From an uncultured Oscillospiraceae bacterium (lineage in GTDB: Bacteria > Bacillota > Clostridia > Oscillospirales > Oscillospiraceae), in the NCBI GenBank assembly GCA_947626265.1, contig CANQRM010000005.1, positions 46,628 through 110,627 on the forward strand: DNA of 64,000 bases. Reading direction: 5' to 3'. Positions 25,006 through 34,082 of the stretch are shown here, piece by piece (the stretch's first letter is position 1; every line of letters starts with the position of its first letter). The position numbers and the translations under genes are program-made. The notes beneath the pieces were generated by a model, which was given only the letters and a program-made list of their open reading frames with translations, ran no database searches and had not been told where the DNA came from.

Positions 25006-25920
25006 ATGGCTACTCTGTCCCGTGGGGACCTGCTGCCCCCCGAAATCGTCACCGACCTGTTTAACAAGGTCAAAGGCAAGTCCACCCTGGCGGCGCTGTG
25101 CGCGTCCCGCCCCATCCCGTTTAACGGCGTGAAAGACTACACTTTCACCATGGACAAGGAAGTGGACCTCGTCGCCGAAAACGGCGCCAAATCCGCTGGC
25201 GGTATCACCATCGGCTCCCGTACCATCATGCCCGTAAAGGTGGAATACGGCGCCCGCGTGTCCGATGAGTTTATGACCGGCTCGGAGGATATGCAGCTGG
25301 ACATCCTGGGCGCGTTCAACGAGGGCTATGCCAAAAAAGTTGCCCGTGGCCTGGACTTCATGGCCTATTTTGGGATCAACCCCCGCACCGGCACCGCCGC
25401 CACCGAGACCATCAACGACAACCATTTCATGTCCAAGGTGACGCAGACCGTGGAATACGACGCCGAGGCCGAAGCCGGCCCCGACCCCAACGCGGCCGTT
25501 GAGGCCGCCGTGGCCCTGGTGAATGGCTCCGAGTACGATGTTACCGGCTTTGCTATGGCCCCCGCGCTGCGCGCTGCGCTGGCCGCCCAGACCGACAAAT
25601 CCGGCCGCGCCCTTTTCCCGGAGCTGTCCTGGGGCGCGACCCCTGGCGCCATCAAGGGAATCCCTGCCTCCGTCGGCGTGACCCTGGCAAAGGATAATAA
25701 GCTGCTGGGCGTCATCGGTGACTTTACAGAGGGTTTCCGCTGGGGCTATGCGAAGCAGATCCCCCTCAAGATCATCGAGTACGGCTGCCCCGATAACGAC
25801 ACCAGCGCCGGCGACCTCCAGGGCCATAACCAGGTATATCTGCGCTGCGAGACCTACCTCGGCTGGGCCGTCCTGGTCCCGGAGGCTTTTGCCCTTATCA
25901 AGCCCAAGGCCGGCGAATAA
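25006..25920 (+). CDS. Major capsid protein
   Basis: 304 aa following the scaffold. MATLSRGDLLPPEIVTDLFNKVKGKSTLAAL is a typical N-terminus for this capsid family. Strong RBS. Confidence 0.85.
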   Translation: MATLSRGDLLPPEIVTDLFNKVKGKSTLAALCASRPIPFNGVKDYTFTMDKEVDLVAENGAKSAGGITIGSRTIMPVKVEYGARVSDEFMTGSEDMQLDILGAFNEGYAKKVARGLDFMAYFGINPRTGTAATETINDNHFMSKVTQTVEYDAEAEAGPDPNAAVEAAVALVNGSEYDVTGFAMAPALRAALAAQTDKSGRALFPELSWGATPGAIKGIPASVGVTLAKDNKLLGVIGDFTEGFRWGYAKQIPLKIIEYGCPDNDTSAGDLQGHNQVYLRCETYLGWAVLVPEAFALIKPKAGE

Positions 25921-25932
25921 AGGAGGGCGCGT

Positions 25933-26292
25933 ATGCTGTACATCAACGAGCGCACGGGAAATATCATCAACGTGCGTGTTCCCGTCCATGGCGGCGGCTG
26001 GCGGCCCTACGGGGCCGCCCACGCCGTCCCTGGCGTCGCCCCCGTGTCCCAGGACCCCCTGACGGAAAACGCCGCCCAGGGGCCGGAAAACGGCCTCCAG
26101 GACGCCGACCCGGCGCCCGTTGCTGAACTGGACGCCGAGACCAAAGCGGCCGAATCCGCCCCGGCCGCCCCCGGTCCCAAAAAGCTCGCCCCCAGGCCCT
26201 CGGCCCCGAAAAAGCCGGCGGCCAAAAAGCCCGCCGCGAAAAAGCCGGCGGCCAAGCGGGCCAGCACCAGCAGCAGAAAGACCGCCAAATAA
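25933..26292 (+). CDS. Hypothetical head-module protein with histone-H1-like KKPAA repeat tail
   Basis: 119 aa. The C-terminus is PKKLAPRPSAPKKPAAKKPAAKKPAAKRAS. RBS AAAGGAGGG. Confidence 0.6.
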   Translation: MLYINERTGNIINVRVPVHGGGWRPYGAAHAVPGVAPVSQDPLTENAAQGPENGLQDADPAPVAELDAETKAAESAPAAPGPKKLAPRPSAPKKPAAKKPAAKKPAAKRASTSSRKTAK

Positions 26293-26735
26293 TGGCCGGC
26301 ACTTTTGCGACCGTTGACGACATGGCGGCGCTTTTCCGCCCTCTGACCGCTGAAGAACTGGAACGGGCGGAAAAGCTGCTGCCCGTCGTGTCGGACAACT
26401 TGCGTATGGAGGCCAAATGGCGCGGGTATGACCTGGACGCCATGATTGAATCCGGCGAACTGCTGGCAAGCGTGGCAAAGTCCGTAACCGTTGACGTGGC
26501 CTCCCGCGTGCTGCTGTCCCCGACCAACGAGGCCCCCGTGTCGCAGTTTCAAAAAAGCGCGCTGGGCTACACTGTGGGCGGAACCTACCTCACGCCCGGC
26601 GGCGGTATTTTCATCAAACGCGCCGAACTGGCCCGCCTGGGCCTGCTACGGCAACGCATAAGGGGGGTACAGTGCTATGCTCCAGCTAAAGGGTATCACT
26701 GTGACGCTGATCCAGCGGACGCAGACGGGCCTTGA
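26292..26735 (+). CDS. Head-tail connector/adaptor (Gp19/Gp15/Gp42-like)
   Basis: ATVDDMAALFRPLTAEELERAEKLLPVVSDNLR... is the typical adaptor N-terminus. TAATG coupling with the upstream gene. Confidence 0.65.
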   Translation: MAGTFATVDDMAALFRPLTAEELERAEKLLPVVSDNLRMEAKWRGYDLDAMIESGELLASVAKSVTVDVASRVLLSPTNEAPVSQFQKSALGYTVGGTYLTPGGGIFIKRAELARLGLLRQRIRGVQCYAPAKGYHCDADPADADGP

Positions 26736-27045
26736 CCCATTCCATGACCCCATATATGCCGACGAGGAGGTGGACGTTGACAACGTCCTGGTGGCCCCCG
26801 TCGTCACCGGCGGCTCCGAAGTGCTGGACAACGTCACCACCGAGGGCAGAAAAGCCGTGTACCAGCTGGCTATCCCAAAGGGCGACACCCATACATGGGA
26901 GGGCCAGCGCGTGCGCTTTTTTGGCACCGTCTGGCGCGTTATCGGCAAGCCCAGCATGGGCATTGAAGAGCTTATCCCCCTGGCCTGGAACAAGATCGTA
27001 AAAGTGGAGGCCGCCAATGGCGAAGAAAGTAAAAGTAACCCTTAA
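26677..27045 (+). CDS. Head closure / head-tail joining protein
   Basis: 122-aa ORF with RBS AAGGGGGG. Call based on position in the connector module. Overlaps the upstream ORF by 59 nt. Confidence 0.55.
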   Translation: MLQLKGITVTLIQRTQTGLDPFHDPIYADEEVDVDNVLVAPVVTGGSEVLDNVTTEGRKAVYQLAIPKGDTHTWEGQRVRFFGTVWRVIGKPSMGIEELIPLAWNKIVKVEAANGEESKSNP

Positions 27046-27277
27046 TTTGCGCGGCGTCTATGAGTTGCGACTGTCCCCGGAGGTGTCGGCCATCTGCGAA
27101 ACCGTGGCCCGAAATAAGATTTTTAACAAACTTCCAGACGGTCAATATGAAATTTCGGCCCCCGTGCCTGCACGCGGCCAGAGGCGCGCCCATATCAGCA
27201 TAAGGACGGCCAGCGCGGAGGCGTACCAGGATAACCTGGACAACAACACCCTGTTAAAGGCCATGGGAGGCCGGTAA
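27017..27277 (+). CDS. Neck/tail-completion module protein
   Basis: 86-aa ORF with RBS GGAGG. Call by position only. Confidence 0.5.
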   Translation: MAKKVKVTLNLRGVYELRLSPEVSAICETVARNKIFNKLPDGQYEISAPVPARGQRRAHISIRTASAEAYQDNLDNNTLLKAMGGR

Positions 27278-27642
27278 TGATCGAACAGGCAATAATTGAT
27301 TTTTTGCAGGACGCCCTGGGCGTCCCGTGCAGCAGCAAGACCCCGGCCGACCCGCCGGAGGAGTACATCGTTGTGGAACAGACCGGCGGCGGCCAGGATA
27401 ACCACCTGGACCGGGCAACCGTGGCCGTGCGATCCTGTGCCCCTACGCGATACCGGGCGGCGCTGCTGGATAAGCGCGTCCGGGCTGCTATGCTGCTTGA
27501 CCTGCTTTTCCAGCCCTGGGCCGTCGGCGTGACGCTTAACGGCTCCTATCCCTTTACCGATACCGCCGCCAAACAGGAGCGGTATCAAGCGGTTTTCGAC
27601 ATCAATTTTTATGAGGAGGCTATCGAAAATGGAAAAGTCTAA
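27277..27642 (+). CDS. Tail terminator / tail completion protein
   Basis: 121-aa ORF with ATGA-type coupling, directly upstream of the major tail gene. Confidence 0.55.
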   Translation: MIEQAIIDFLQDALGVPCSSKTPADPPEEYIVVEQTGGGQDNHLDRATVAVRSCAPTRYRAALLDKRVRAAMLLDLLFQPWAVGVTLNGSYPFTDTAAKQERYQAVFDINFYEEAIENGKV

Positions 27643-28204
27643 AAACGACGCCAGCAAGGTATCGGCCGGCAAACCTGCCGTCGTGGGCGCCGTCTACACC
27701 GCGCCCGTCAAGACCACGCTCCCGACCGACGCCAAGGGCGAACTTGACCCCGCTTTTGAGTGCGTGGGCTACATTTCCACGGACGGCGTCGCCAACGACA
27801 ACTCCCCGGAGCGCGAAGTGCAGCGCGCATGGGGCGGCGATCCCGTCAACACCAGCCAGACCGAAAAGGACGACACTTTCACGTTTACCATGATCGAGTG
27901 CATGAACGTGGCCGCCATCAAGGCCGTGTATGGTGAAAAGAACGTGACCGGCAACCTGGAGAGCGGTATCAAAATCCGGGCCAACAGCCAGGAACAGCCC
28001 AACCGGGCGTGGGTTATTGACATGATCCTCAAGGGCGACGTGCCCAAACGGATCGTTATCCCGTCCGCCGCCGTTACGTCCGTGGGCACCATCAACTACA
28101 ACGACGAGGACGTTGTCGGCTATGAGACCACTATCAGCGCGGAACCCTGGGCCGACTACGACGGCGACACCCACCAGGAATTTATCGGCGGCGCCGCCGC
28201 GTAA
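27629..28204 (+). CDS. Major tail (tube) protein
   Basis: ORF 27611-28204 trimmed to ATG 27629 (GAGGAGG upstream). 191 aa, beta-rich. Position is before the chaperone and tape measure genes. Confidence 0.75.
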   Translation: MEKSKNDASKVSAGKPAVVGAVYTAPVKTTLPTDAKGELDPAFECVGYISTDGVANDNSPEREVQRAWGGDPVNTSQTEKDDTFTFTMIECMNVAAIKAVYGEKNVTGNLESGIKIRANSQEQPNRAWVIDMILKGDVPKRIVIPSAAVTSVGTINYNDEDVVGYETTISAEPWADYDGDTHQEFIGGAAA

Positions 28205-28213
28205 GGGGCCGCC

Positions 28214-28885
28214 ATGGGCGACACCGTACACGTCACGACCAAAACCGGGCTCAAACTTGACGTTGACGACGCGGCGGCCCAGGACGACGAACTCCTGGCC
28301 GCCGCCCTGGCCGTCCACGCCGGCGACGCCCTGGGCCTGCCCAGGCTGCTCCGGCTGCTGCTGACCGACAAGGCCCGCGCGGCCCTGTACGACCATGTAC
28401 GCCGCGCCGGCCGCGTCGCCTATGACGCCCTGGTGGACGAAACCGTGGACATCATGGGCCAGCTGCCCGGAAAGAAAAAGGTTATTGCCCTGGCGGGTAT
28501 GCTGGCGGCCGACGAGGACGCCCTGGTGTGCGACCTGGCGGAAACCTACCGCATTTTGGACTGGCGGGCGTTGCCTGTGCGTACAGCTGCAACGCTCGCC
28601 GTCGGCCTATCAGAGGACAGCCGTATAAAAATGCGGCTGACGGGCGCCAAAGCGCCCTCCAGCACGCTTTTGACGGCGGCCATGATAGACCGGCTCAGTG
28701 TGCTTTGCTGGGGCCAGACAAAGGACGCCCAGCACGGCCGCAACCGGCCCAAAATGATGCTTGACATGCTCCAGGCCGACGCGCCGGCCAAAAAGACCGA
28801 CGGCACCACCGCATACGCCAGCGCCGCAGAATTTGAAGCGGCCCGGCAAAGGATTTTGAAAGGGGGCGGGGATCGTGGCGACTGA
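28214..28885 (+). CDS. Tail assembly chaperone-position protein
   Basis: 223 aa between the tube and tape measure genes. I found no slippery heptamer. The N-terminal domain is paralogous to 11532-12407. Confidence 0.6.
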   Translation: MGDTVHVTTKTGLKLDVDDAAAQDDELLAAALAVHAGDALGLPRLLRLLLTDKARAALYDHVRRAGRVAYDALVDETVDIMGQLPGKKKVIALAGMLAADEDALVCDLAETYRILDWRALPVRTAATLAVGLSEDSRIKMRLTGAKAPSSTLLTAAMIDRLSVLCWGQTKDAQHGRNRPKMMLDMLQADAPAKKTDGTTAYASAAEFEAARQRILKGGGDRGD

Positions 28886-31001
28886 ACTTGCAACCGCATA
28901 CGTCCAAATAATACCCACGACCAAAGATATTAAATCGTCCCTTGAAAAGGAACTGACCCCCGCCGGCGAATCCGCCGGCGCGTCCGCTGGCTCCAAGATA
29001 GGCTCCGCCATCAAAAAGGCCCTTGTCGCCGCCGGTATCGGCGACGTTATCAAAAAGGCCCTGGGCGAGGGTATGGACTTGCAGCAAAACCTGGGCGGCA
29101 CCGAGGCCGTCTTTGGGGAATTTGCGAAGAACATACAGGCCACGGCCTCCGAAGCCTACAAAAATATGGGCATGTCGGCGTCCGAATATATGGCGACGGC
29201 AAACAAAATGGGCGCCCTTTTCCAGGGCTCCGGCCTAGCCCAACAGGAGAGCCTGGACTTGACCGCCAAGGCCATGCAGCGGGCCGCCGACGTGGCCTCC
29301 GTTATGGGCCTGGACACGACCGCCGCCATGGAGAGCATAGCCGGCGCGGCCAAGGGCAACTTTACCATGATGGACAACCTGGGCGTGTCCATGAACGCGA
29401 CCACGCTCCAGGCATACGCCCTGGAAAAGGGCGTCAATTTCAAATGGGACACCGCCAGCAACGCCGAAAAGGCCGAACTGGCTATGCAGATGTTTTTCGA
29501 GCGTACAGAACAGTACGCCGGGAACTTTGCCCGTGAATCGTCCGAGACCCTGTCCGGCTCGTTGAACGCCGTCAAGGCGTCTTTTTCCGACCTGCTGGGC
29601 AACCTGGCCCTGGGGAACGATATAACCCCCTCCCTGGAGGCCCTTAAATCCACCGTAACCGTATTCGTCAAGGATAACCTCGTCCCGGCCCTGGGGAATG
29701 TCATTTCTGGCGCCGTGCCCATCCTGGCGGACCTTATTGTGGACCTGCTGCCAGACCTGGCCGCTGCCGCCCTGCAACTTGTGGACGAGATCGGCGCCGG
29801 CCTGTCCGAAAAATTCCCGCAGCTGTCTTTCCTGTTTGATAATTTGCGGCCCATCGTGGAGGGTGTGACAATCGCCTTTGTGGCTTTCAAGGCCGCCATG
29901 GCGATAAGCTCCGTTGTCGAGACCCTGACCGGCGTAATCAACGGGGCAAAATCCGCCTTTTCGGCGCTGACCGCTGTAATGAACGCAAACCCCTTTGTCC
30001 TGGTGGCCACGCTCGTTGCCGGCCTGGTGACGGCCCTTATCACCCTTTGGAACACAAACGAGGGTTTCCGCACGGCGGTGCAAAATATCTGGGCGGCCAT
30101 AACCGGCTTTTTCTCCCAGGCATGGGAGACTATCAAGGGCGTTTGGTCCGCTGTAACCGGCTTTTTCAGCGGTATCTGGAACGGCATAAAGGGCGTCTTT
30201 TCGTCCGTCGGCTCCTGGTTTAGCGAAAAATTCACCGCCGCCAAGGAGGCCGCCAGCAACGCCTGGAGCAATATCAAATCCAAATTTTCGCAGCATTGGG
30301 AGAATATCAAGGGGGCGTTTTCGTCCGCCGGCTCCTGGTTTACTTCCAACTTCCAAACTTTCCGGGAAAACGCCGTCAACGCCTGGAGCAATATCAAATC
30401 CCGGTTTTCGGACGTGTGGAACCGTATCAAATCCGCCTTTTCCATCGGCGACGCCCTGGCCTGGGGCCGCGATATGCTGCAAAACTTCATCAACGGCATA
30501 GGCCAGAAAATAAGCGCCCTGGTGGCAAAGGTGAAAGGCATAGGGCAGACCATCCGCAATTTCCTTGGATTTTCCGAGCCGAAAATGGGACCCCTGCATA
30601 ATTTCCACACTTTTGCCCCGGACATGATGAAACTGTACGCCCAGGGCATGACCCAAAACACCGGCCTCGTCACCGACGCCGCAAAGGGCGTGGCCGCCGA
30701 GGTGGCCGGTATCAACCCCACCATGGGCGCCGTGTCCCTGGCCGAGGGCATGGACGACATAGCCCGGCAAACGGCCAGCGCCGCGTGGCCGGCCCCGTCC
30801 GTCACCCCCTCCGCCATCCCGGCCGACGGCCAGGGCGGGATCATGGCCCAGCTGCTGGCGGCCGTGCTGGCCCTGTCCGACAAACTGGACAACATGGCCG
30901 TGTATCTGGACTCTGACGCCCTTGTGGGCCGGCTGATAAGCAAGATTGACGCCGCCCTGGGGCGCCGCCAGGCCCTAGAAGCAAGAGGAGGTGTGGGCTA
31001 A
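28875..31001 (+). CDS. Tape measure protein
   Basis: 708 aa. Long helical protein with hydrophobic central segments and repeated W-x-x-I/W-x-x-x-K motifs (FSQAWETIKGVWSAVTGFFSGIWNGIKGVFSSVGSWF...). Confidence 0.9.
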   Translation: MATELATAYVQIIPTTKDIKSSLEKELTPAGESAGASAGSKIGSAIKKALVAAGIGDVIKKALGEGMDLQQNLGGTEAVFGEFAKNIQATASEAYKNMGMSASEYMATANKMGALFQGSGLAQQESLDLTAKAMQRAADVASVMGLDTTAAMESIAGAAKGNFTMMDNLGVSMNATTLQAYALEKGVNFKWDTASNAEKAELAMQMFFERTEQYAGNFARESSETLSGSLNAVKASFSDLLGNLALGNDITPSLEALKSTVTVFVKDNLVPALGNVISGAVPILADLIVDLLPDLAAAALQLVDEIGAGLSEKFPQLSFLFDNLRPIVEGVTIAFVAFKAAMAISSVVETLTGVINGAKSAFSALTAVMNANPFVLVATLVAGLVTALITLWNTNEGFRTAVQNIWAAITGFFSQAWETIKGVWSAVTGFFSGIWNGIKGVFSSVGSWFSEKFTAAKEAASNAWSNIKSKFSQHWENIKGAFSSAGSWFTSNFQTFRENAVNAWSNIKSRFSDVWNRIKSAFSIGDALAWGRDMLQNFINGIGQKISALVAKVKGIGQTIRNFLGFSEPKMGPLHNFHTFAPDMMKLYAQGMTQNTGLVTDAAKGVAAEVAGINPTMGAVSLAEGMDDIARQTASAAWPAPSVTPSAIPADGQGGIMAQLLAAVLALSDKLDNMAVYLDSDALVGRLISKIDAALGRRQALEARGGVG

Positions 31002-31684
31002 TGTACCACGGCGCGATCCTGGACCGTATCAACACCCTGCACAAATGGGGGCTTATCCTTATGGACGACCTGGAGGAGGGCGCCCCGGACATTAAGACCA
31101 ATTACCAGGACGTGGGCGGCATGGACGGACAGCTAAATTTTAGCTATGCCCTCACCGGCCGCCCCGTGTATGGTATGCGGCCCGTGTCCTTTACCCTGTG
31201 CCGGCCGTGGCATTTCGCCCTGCTGCACAACGTACCCCCGCAACCCATGGCCGACGTGTGGGCCGAATTTATGGCCCGGTATCACGGCCGGGAGGTGCTG
31301 CTGACCCTGCCAACCGACCCCGTCCACCATTATACCGGCGTCGTGCAGATCGGTGCCGTGACCGGCGACGCCCGCGACCGTTTCAGCGTGTCCATGACCG
31401 CCGACCCCTGGCGGGAACGCAACGAGCCGACCCGGATAACGGCCGCCGTGTCGAAAACGGCAAAGACCCTGTACCTGCCCAACGAGACCCGGCCCGTTAT
31501 CCCCACTATCACCGCAACCGCCCAGGCAAAAATCACCCTGGGCGGCAAGGACTACTATGTGGACGCCGGCACCGGGCGCAACCTGGATATTATGCTGGCC
31601 CCCGGCACCAACGCCGTGCAGGTGGCCCTCACGACCGCCAGCACGGGCCAGATCACCATGGAATACACGGAGGCAAAGCTGTAA
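31001..31684 (+). CDS. Distal tail protein (Dit-like)
   Basis: 227 aa immediately after the tape measure gene (stop/start overlap). Confidence 0.7.
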   Translation: MYHGAILDRINTLHKWGLILMDDLEEGAPDIKTNYQDVGGMDGQLNFSYALTGRPVYGMRPVSFTLCRPWHFALLHNVPPQPMADVWAEFMARYHGREVLLTLPTDPVHHYTGVVQIGAVTGDARDRFSVSMTADPWRERNEPTRITAAVSKTAKTLYLPNETRPVIPTITATAQAKITLGGKDYYVDAGTGRNLDIMLAPGTNAVQVALTTASTGQITMEYTEAKL

Positions 31685-34071
31685 TGTACAGACTGAATTT
31701 TGACGGCTGGCCCCTGTATGACCCCAGGGGCGCCAACAAAACGGACCGGCTTATCATCCGGGACCCGGACGTGCAAATCGGCGTCAACATGGCCGGCTCC
31801 GTGAAGTTTACCATTGACCCCGGACACCCCAACGCCGACAAGGTTACAAAGCTGCACGGCACCCTGGAATTGACCGACGACGCCGGCGTGCTTTTCCGGG
31901 GCCGTGTGCTGGATGAAAGGCAGACCTTTTATAATGCCGTCGAATATACCGCCGAGGGCGCCCTGGCCTGGCTGAATGACGGCATTGTGGAGCCGTATGA
32001 CTTCCCGGCCGACTTCCAGGCCGACCCGGCGTATCAAGCGGCGGCGGCCTCCGGCAACGTCGTGGCCTTTTTCCTGGGCTGGCTGCTGGACGGCTACAAC
32101 GCCCACGCGCTGCCAGAGCGCCAGATCAAGCTGGGCACCGTCACCGTTGCCGACCCCAACAATTACATAACCCGCGCTGATAGCAACTACCCCTCCACCT
32201 TTGAAGTCATAAGCAAGAAACTGGCCGGCTCCCAGCTGGGCGGCTACCTGGTAATGCGGTATGAGGCCGACGGCAATTATCTTGACTATCTTTCCACATT
32301 CACCGGCACCAACGCCCAGCAAATCACATTCGGCGAAAACCTGCTTGACCTCGTCCGGGAATGTTCGGCGGCTGACGTTTGTACCGCCGTGCTGCCCGTC
32401 GGCGCCGAGGGGCTGACCCTTGAGGGCCTGCCCGACGGCCCCCAGGAAAACGGCCTCGTCAAGGCCGGCAAAGTGCTGTATAACCCCCAGGCCGAGGCGG
32501 ACTATGGCCGGATCATCCGAAAAGTGGAATACAGCGACATAACCCAGGCCCAAAACCTGCTCCGCACCGCCGCAAAGGACATGGGCGCGGAAATCCGGCT
32601 CCCGGAGTCCTTGCAGGTGCAGGCGTGCGACCTGCATTATCTGGACGGCACCGTGCCGTCGTTTCGCCTGGGCCTGTACACCGTCATTGTAAGCGCCCCC
32701 CATGACATCGTCCGCAAATCCTACCCCTTGACCGAACTCCGGCCTAATATCCTGAACCCCGGCGCGACGCCTATAACGCTGAACGGCACCGCCGCCCAGC
32801 TGACCGCCCAGCTCCGCCAGGCCCAGCAGGCCGAACAGGAACGGACGGACTCCGCCATGCGGGCCGTCGTGAAACAGGCGTCGGACATGTTGCAGGAAAT
32901 CCTGGAGCAGGCGTCCGGCCTGTACTGTACCCCGGAAGTCCAGGCGGACGGCTCCACCATCTACTACCTGCACGACAAGCCGACCCTGGCCGACTCCAAG
33001 AATGTAATTAAACTTACGGCTGACGCCATCGGTTTTAGTACGGACGGCGGCCATACCTACCCCTACGGGTTTACTGTCACGGGCGATATGGTGGCCCGCG
33101 TGCTGTCCGCCTACGGCGTAAATGCCGACTGGATCAACGCCGGCACCGTGAACCTGGGCAAGCTCCGCGTGGAGGGCGACCTGGGCGGCATAGCCGAGGG
33201 CCAGGGACAAGACCAATACAGCCTCACGCGCGGGCTGATAATTTACGGCCCGGCCGGCCTGGATGAAAACGGCGTCGCTATCCCGCCCTATATCATTATG
33301 ACGGATAAGGGTTTCCGCGTGCAGATCGACGCCGACCGCAATTTTTACTTTGTGGCCGGGTCCAACCTGGTTGTAAATTCCGGGGAGCGCGTCAACGGCG
33401 CTTTCCGGGCCACGGGGCGGATAAGGTGTGACTCTGATATGTACGCCGGGCAAGCAATCTGGCTGGACCAGGATATGGTGGCAAGCGCCCCCCATATTAG
33501 CGTGTTCACCAGCGAGACCGGCGGCCTTAACCTTGTGGGCTACAGCCGCACCAGCAGCGCCGAGTGGCTTTGCTACGCCGGCGGCCGTCTTGTGATCCAC
33601 GGCGGCGATATAACCTCGGACGTGGCTATCCAGACGACATCAGACCGGGACGCCAAGAAAGACATTGAACCCCTGGAGTACACGCCGGCGGCCCCTGCTG
33701 GCGCGTCTGACAGCCCCCAGGAGGCCCCCAGCATTGACGGCGACCCCAACCCCGCCCCCAGCCTTGCGACGCTGTACGAGGCTTTTGTGGACGCGCTGAC
33801 GCCTGTACGGTTTCACTATAAGGAGCAGGCCGACGCCGACGCGCCCCTGCACATCGGCTATATCTACCAGGACGCCCTGGCGGCGCTGGAGGCCGTGGGC
33901 CTGGGCAAGGCCGACCTGGCGGCCCTGGGCGAGGGCCTGGATGAAAACGGCAACGTCCACAGGGGCATAGCGTACAGCGAACTTATACCCCTGCTGCACC
34001 TCAAGATCAAGCGCCAGGCGGCCGAAATGGACGCGCTGGCGGCCCGCATTACGGCCCTGGAGGCCAGGTAA
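31684..34071 (+). CDS. Tail-associated protein (Tal-like) with C-terminal S74-type intramolecular chaperone domain
   Basis: ORF 31198-34071 trimmed to ATG 31684 (GGAGG upstream), giving 795 aa. The C-terminus TSDRDAKKDIEPL...VRFHYKE...HIGYIYQD...IAYSELIPLLHLKIKRQAAEMDALAARITALE matches the autoproteolytic chaperone-of-endosialidase pattern. Confidence 0.8.
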   Translation: MYRLNFDGWPLYDPRGANKTDRLIIRDPDVQIGVNMAGSVKFTIDPGHPNADKVTKLHGTLELTDDAGVLFRGRVLDERQTFYNAVEYTAEGALAWLNDGIVEPYDFPADFQADPAYQAAAASGNVVAFFLGWLLDGYNAHALPERQIKLGTVTVADPNNYITRADSNYPSTFEVISKKLAGSQLGGYLVMRYEADGNYLDYLSTFTGTNAQQITFGENLLDLVRECSAADVCTAVLPVGAEGLTLEGLPDGPQENGLVKAGKVLYNPQAEADYGRIIRKVEYSDITQAQNLLRTAAKDMGAEIRLPESLQVQACDLHYLDGTVPSFRLGLYTVIVSAPHDIVRKSYPLTELRPNILNPGATPITLNGTAAQLTAQLRQAQQAEQERTDSAMRAVVKQASDMLQEILEQASGLYCTPEVQADGSTIYYLHDKPTLADSKNVIKLTADAIGFSTDGGHTYPYGFTVTGDMVARVLSAYGVNADWINAGTVNLGKLRVEGDLGGIAEGQGQDQYSLTRGLIIYGPAGLDENGVAIPPYIIMTDKGFRVQIDADRNFYFVAGSNLVVNSGERVNGAFRATGRIRCDSDMYAGQAIWLDQDMVASAPHISVFTSETGGLNLVGYSRTSSAEWLCYAGGRLVIHGGDITSDVAIQTTSDRDAKKDIEPLEYTPAAPAGASDSPQEAPSIDGDPNPAPSLATLYEAFVDALTPVRFHYKEQADADAPLHIGYIYQDALAALEAVGLGKADLAALGEGLDENGNVHRGIAYSELIPLLHLKIKRQAAEMDALAARITALEAR

Positions 34072-34082
34072 GGAGGCACCAC

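Noticed and set aside
26677-26735. 59-nt overlap between connector genes 26292-26735 and 26677-27045, considered as a possible recoding site.
   Set aside because: There is no slippery sequence. The overlap is more simply explained by the upstream ORF's tail being non-conserved, or by an ordinary overlap in a tightly packed late operon.
28214-28885. Programmed -1 frameshift in the tail assembly chaperone gene (gpG/gpGT-type).
   Set aside because: I found no XXXYYYZ slippery heptamer. The closest, gaaaaag near 28470, has only five A residues. The single 223-aa frame runs uninterrupted to the tape measure start, and overlapping ORFs 28395-28628 and 28528-28764 look like frame noise.
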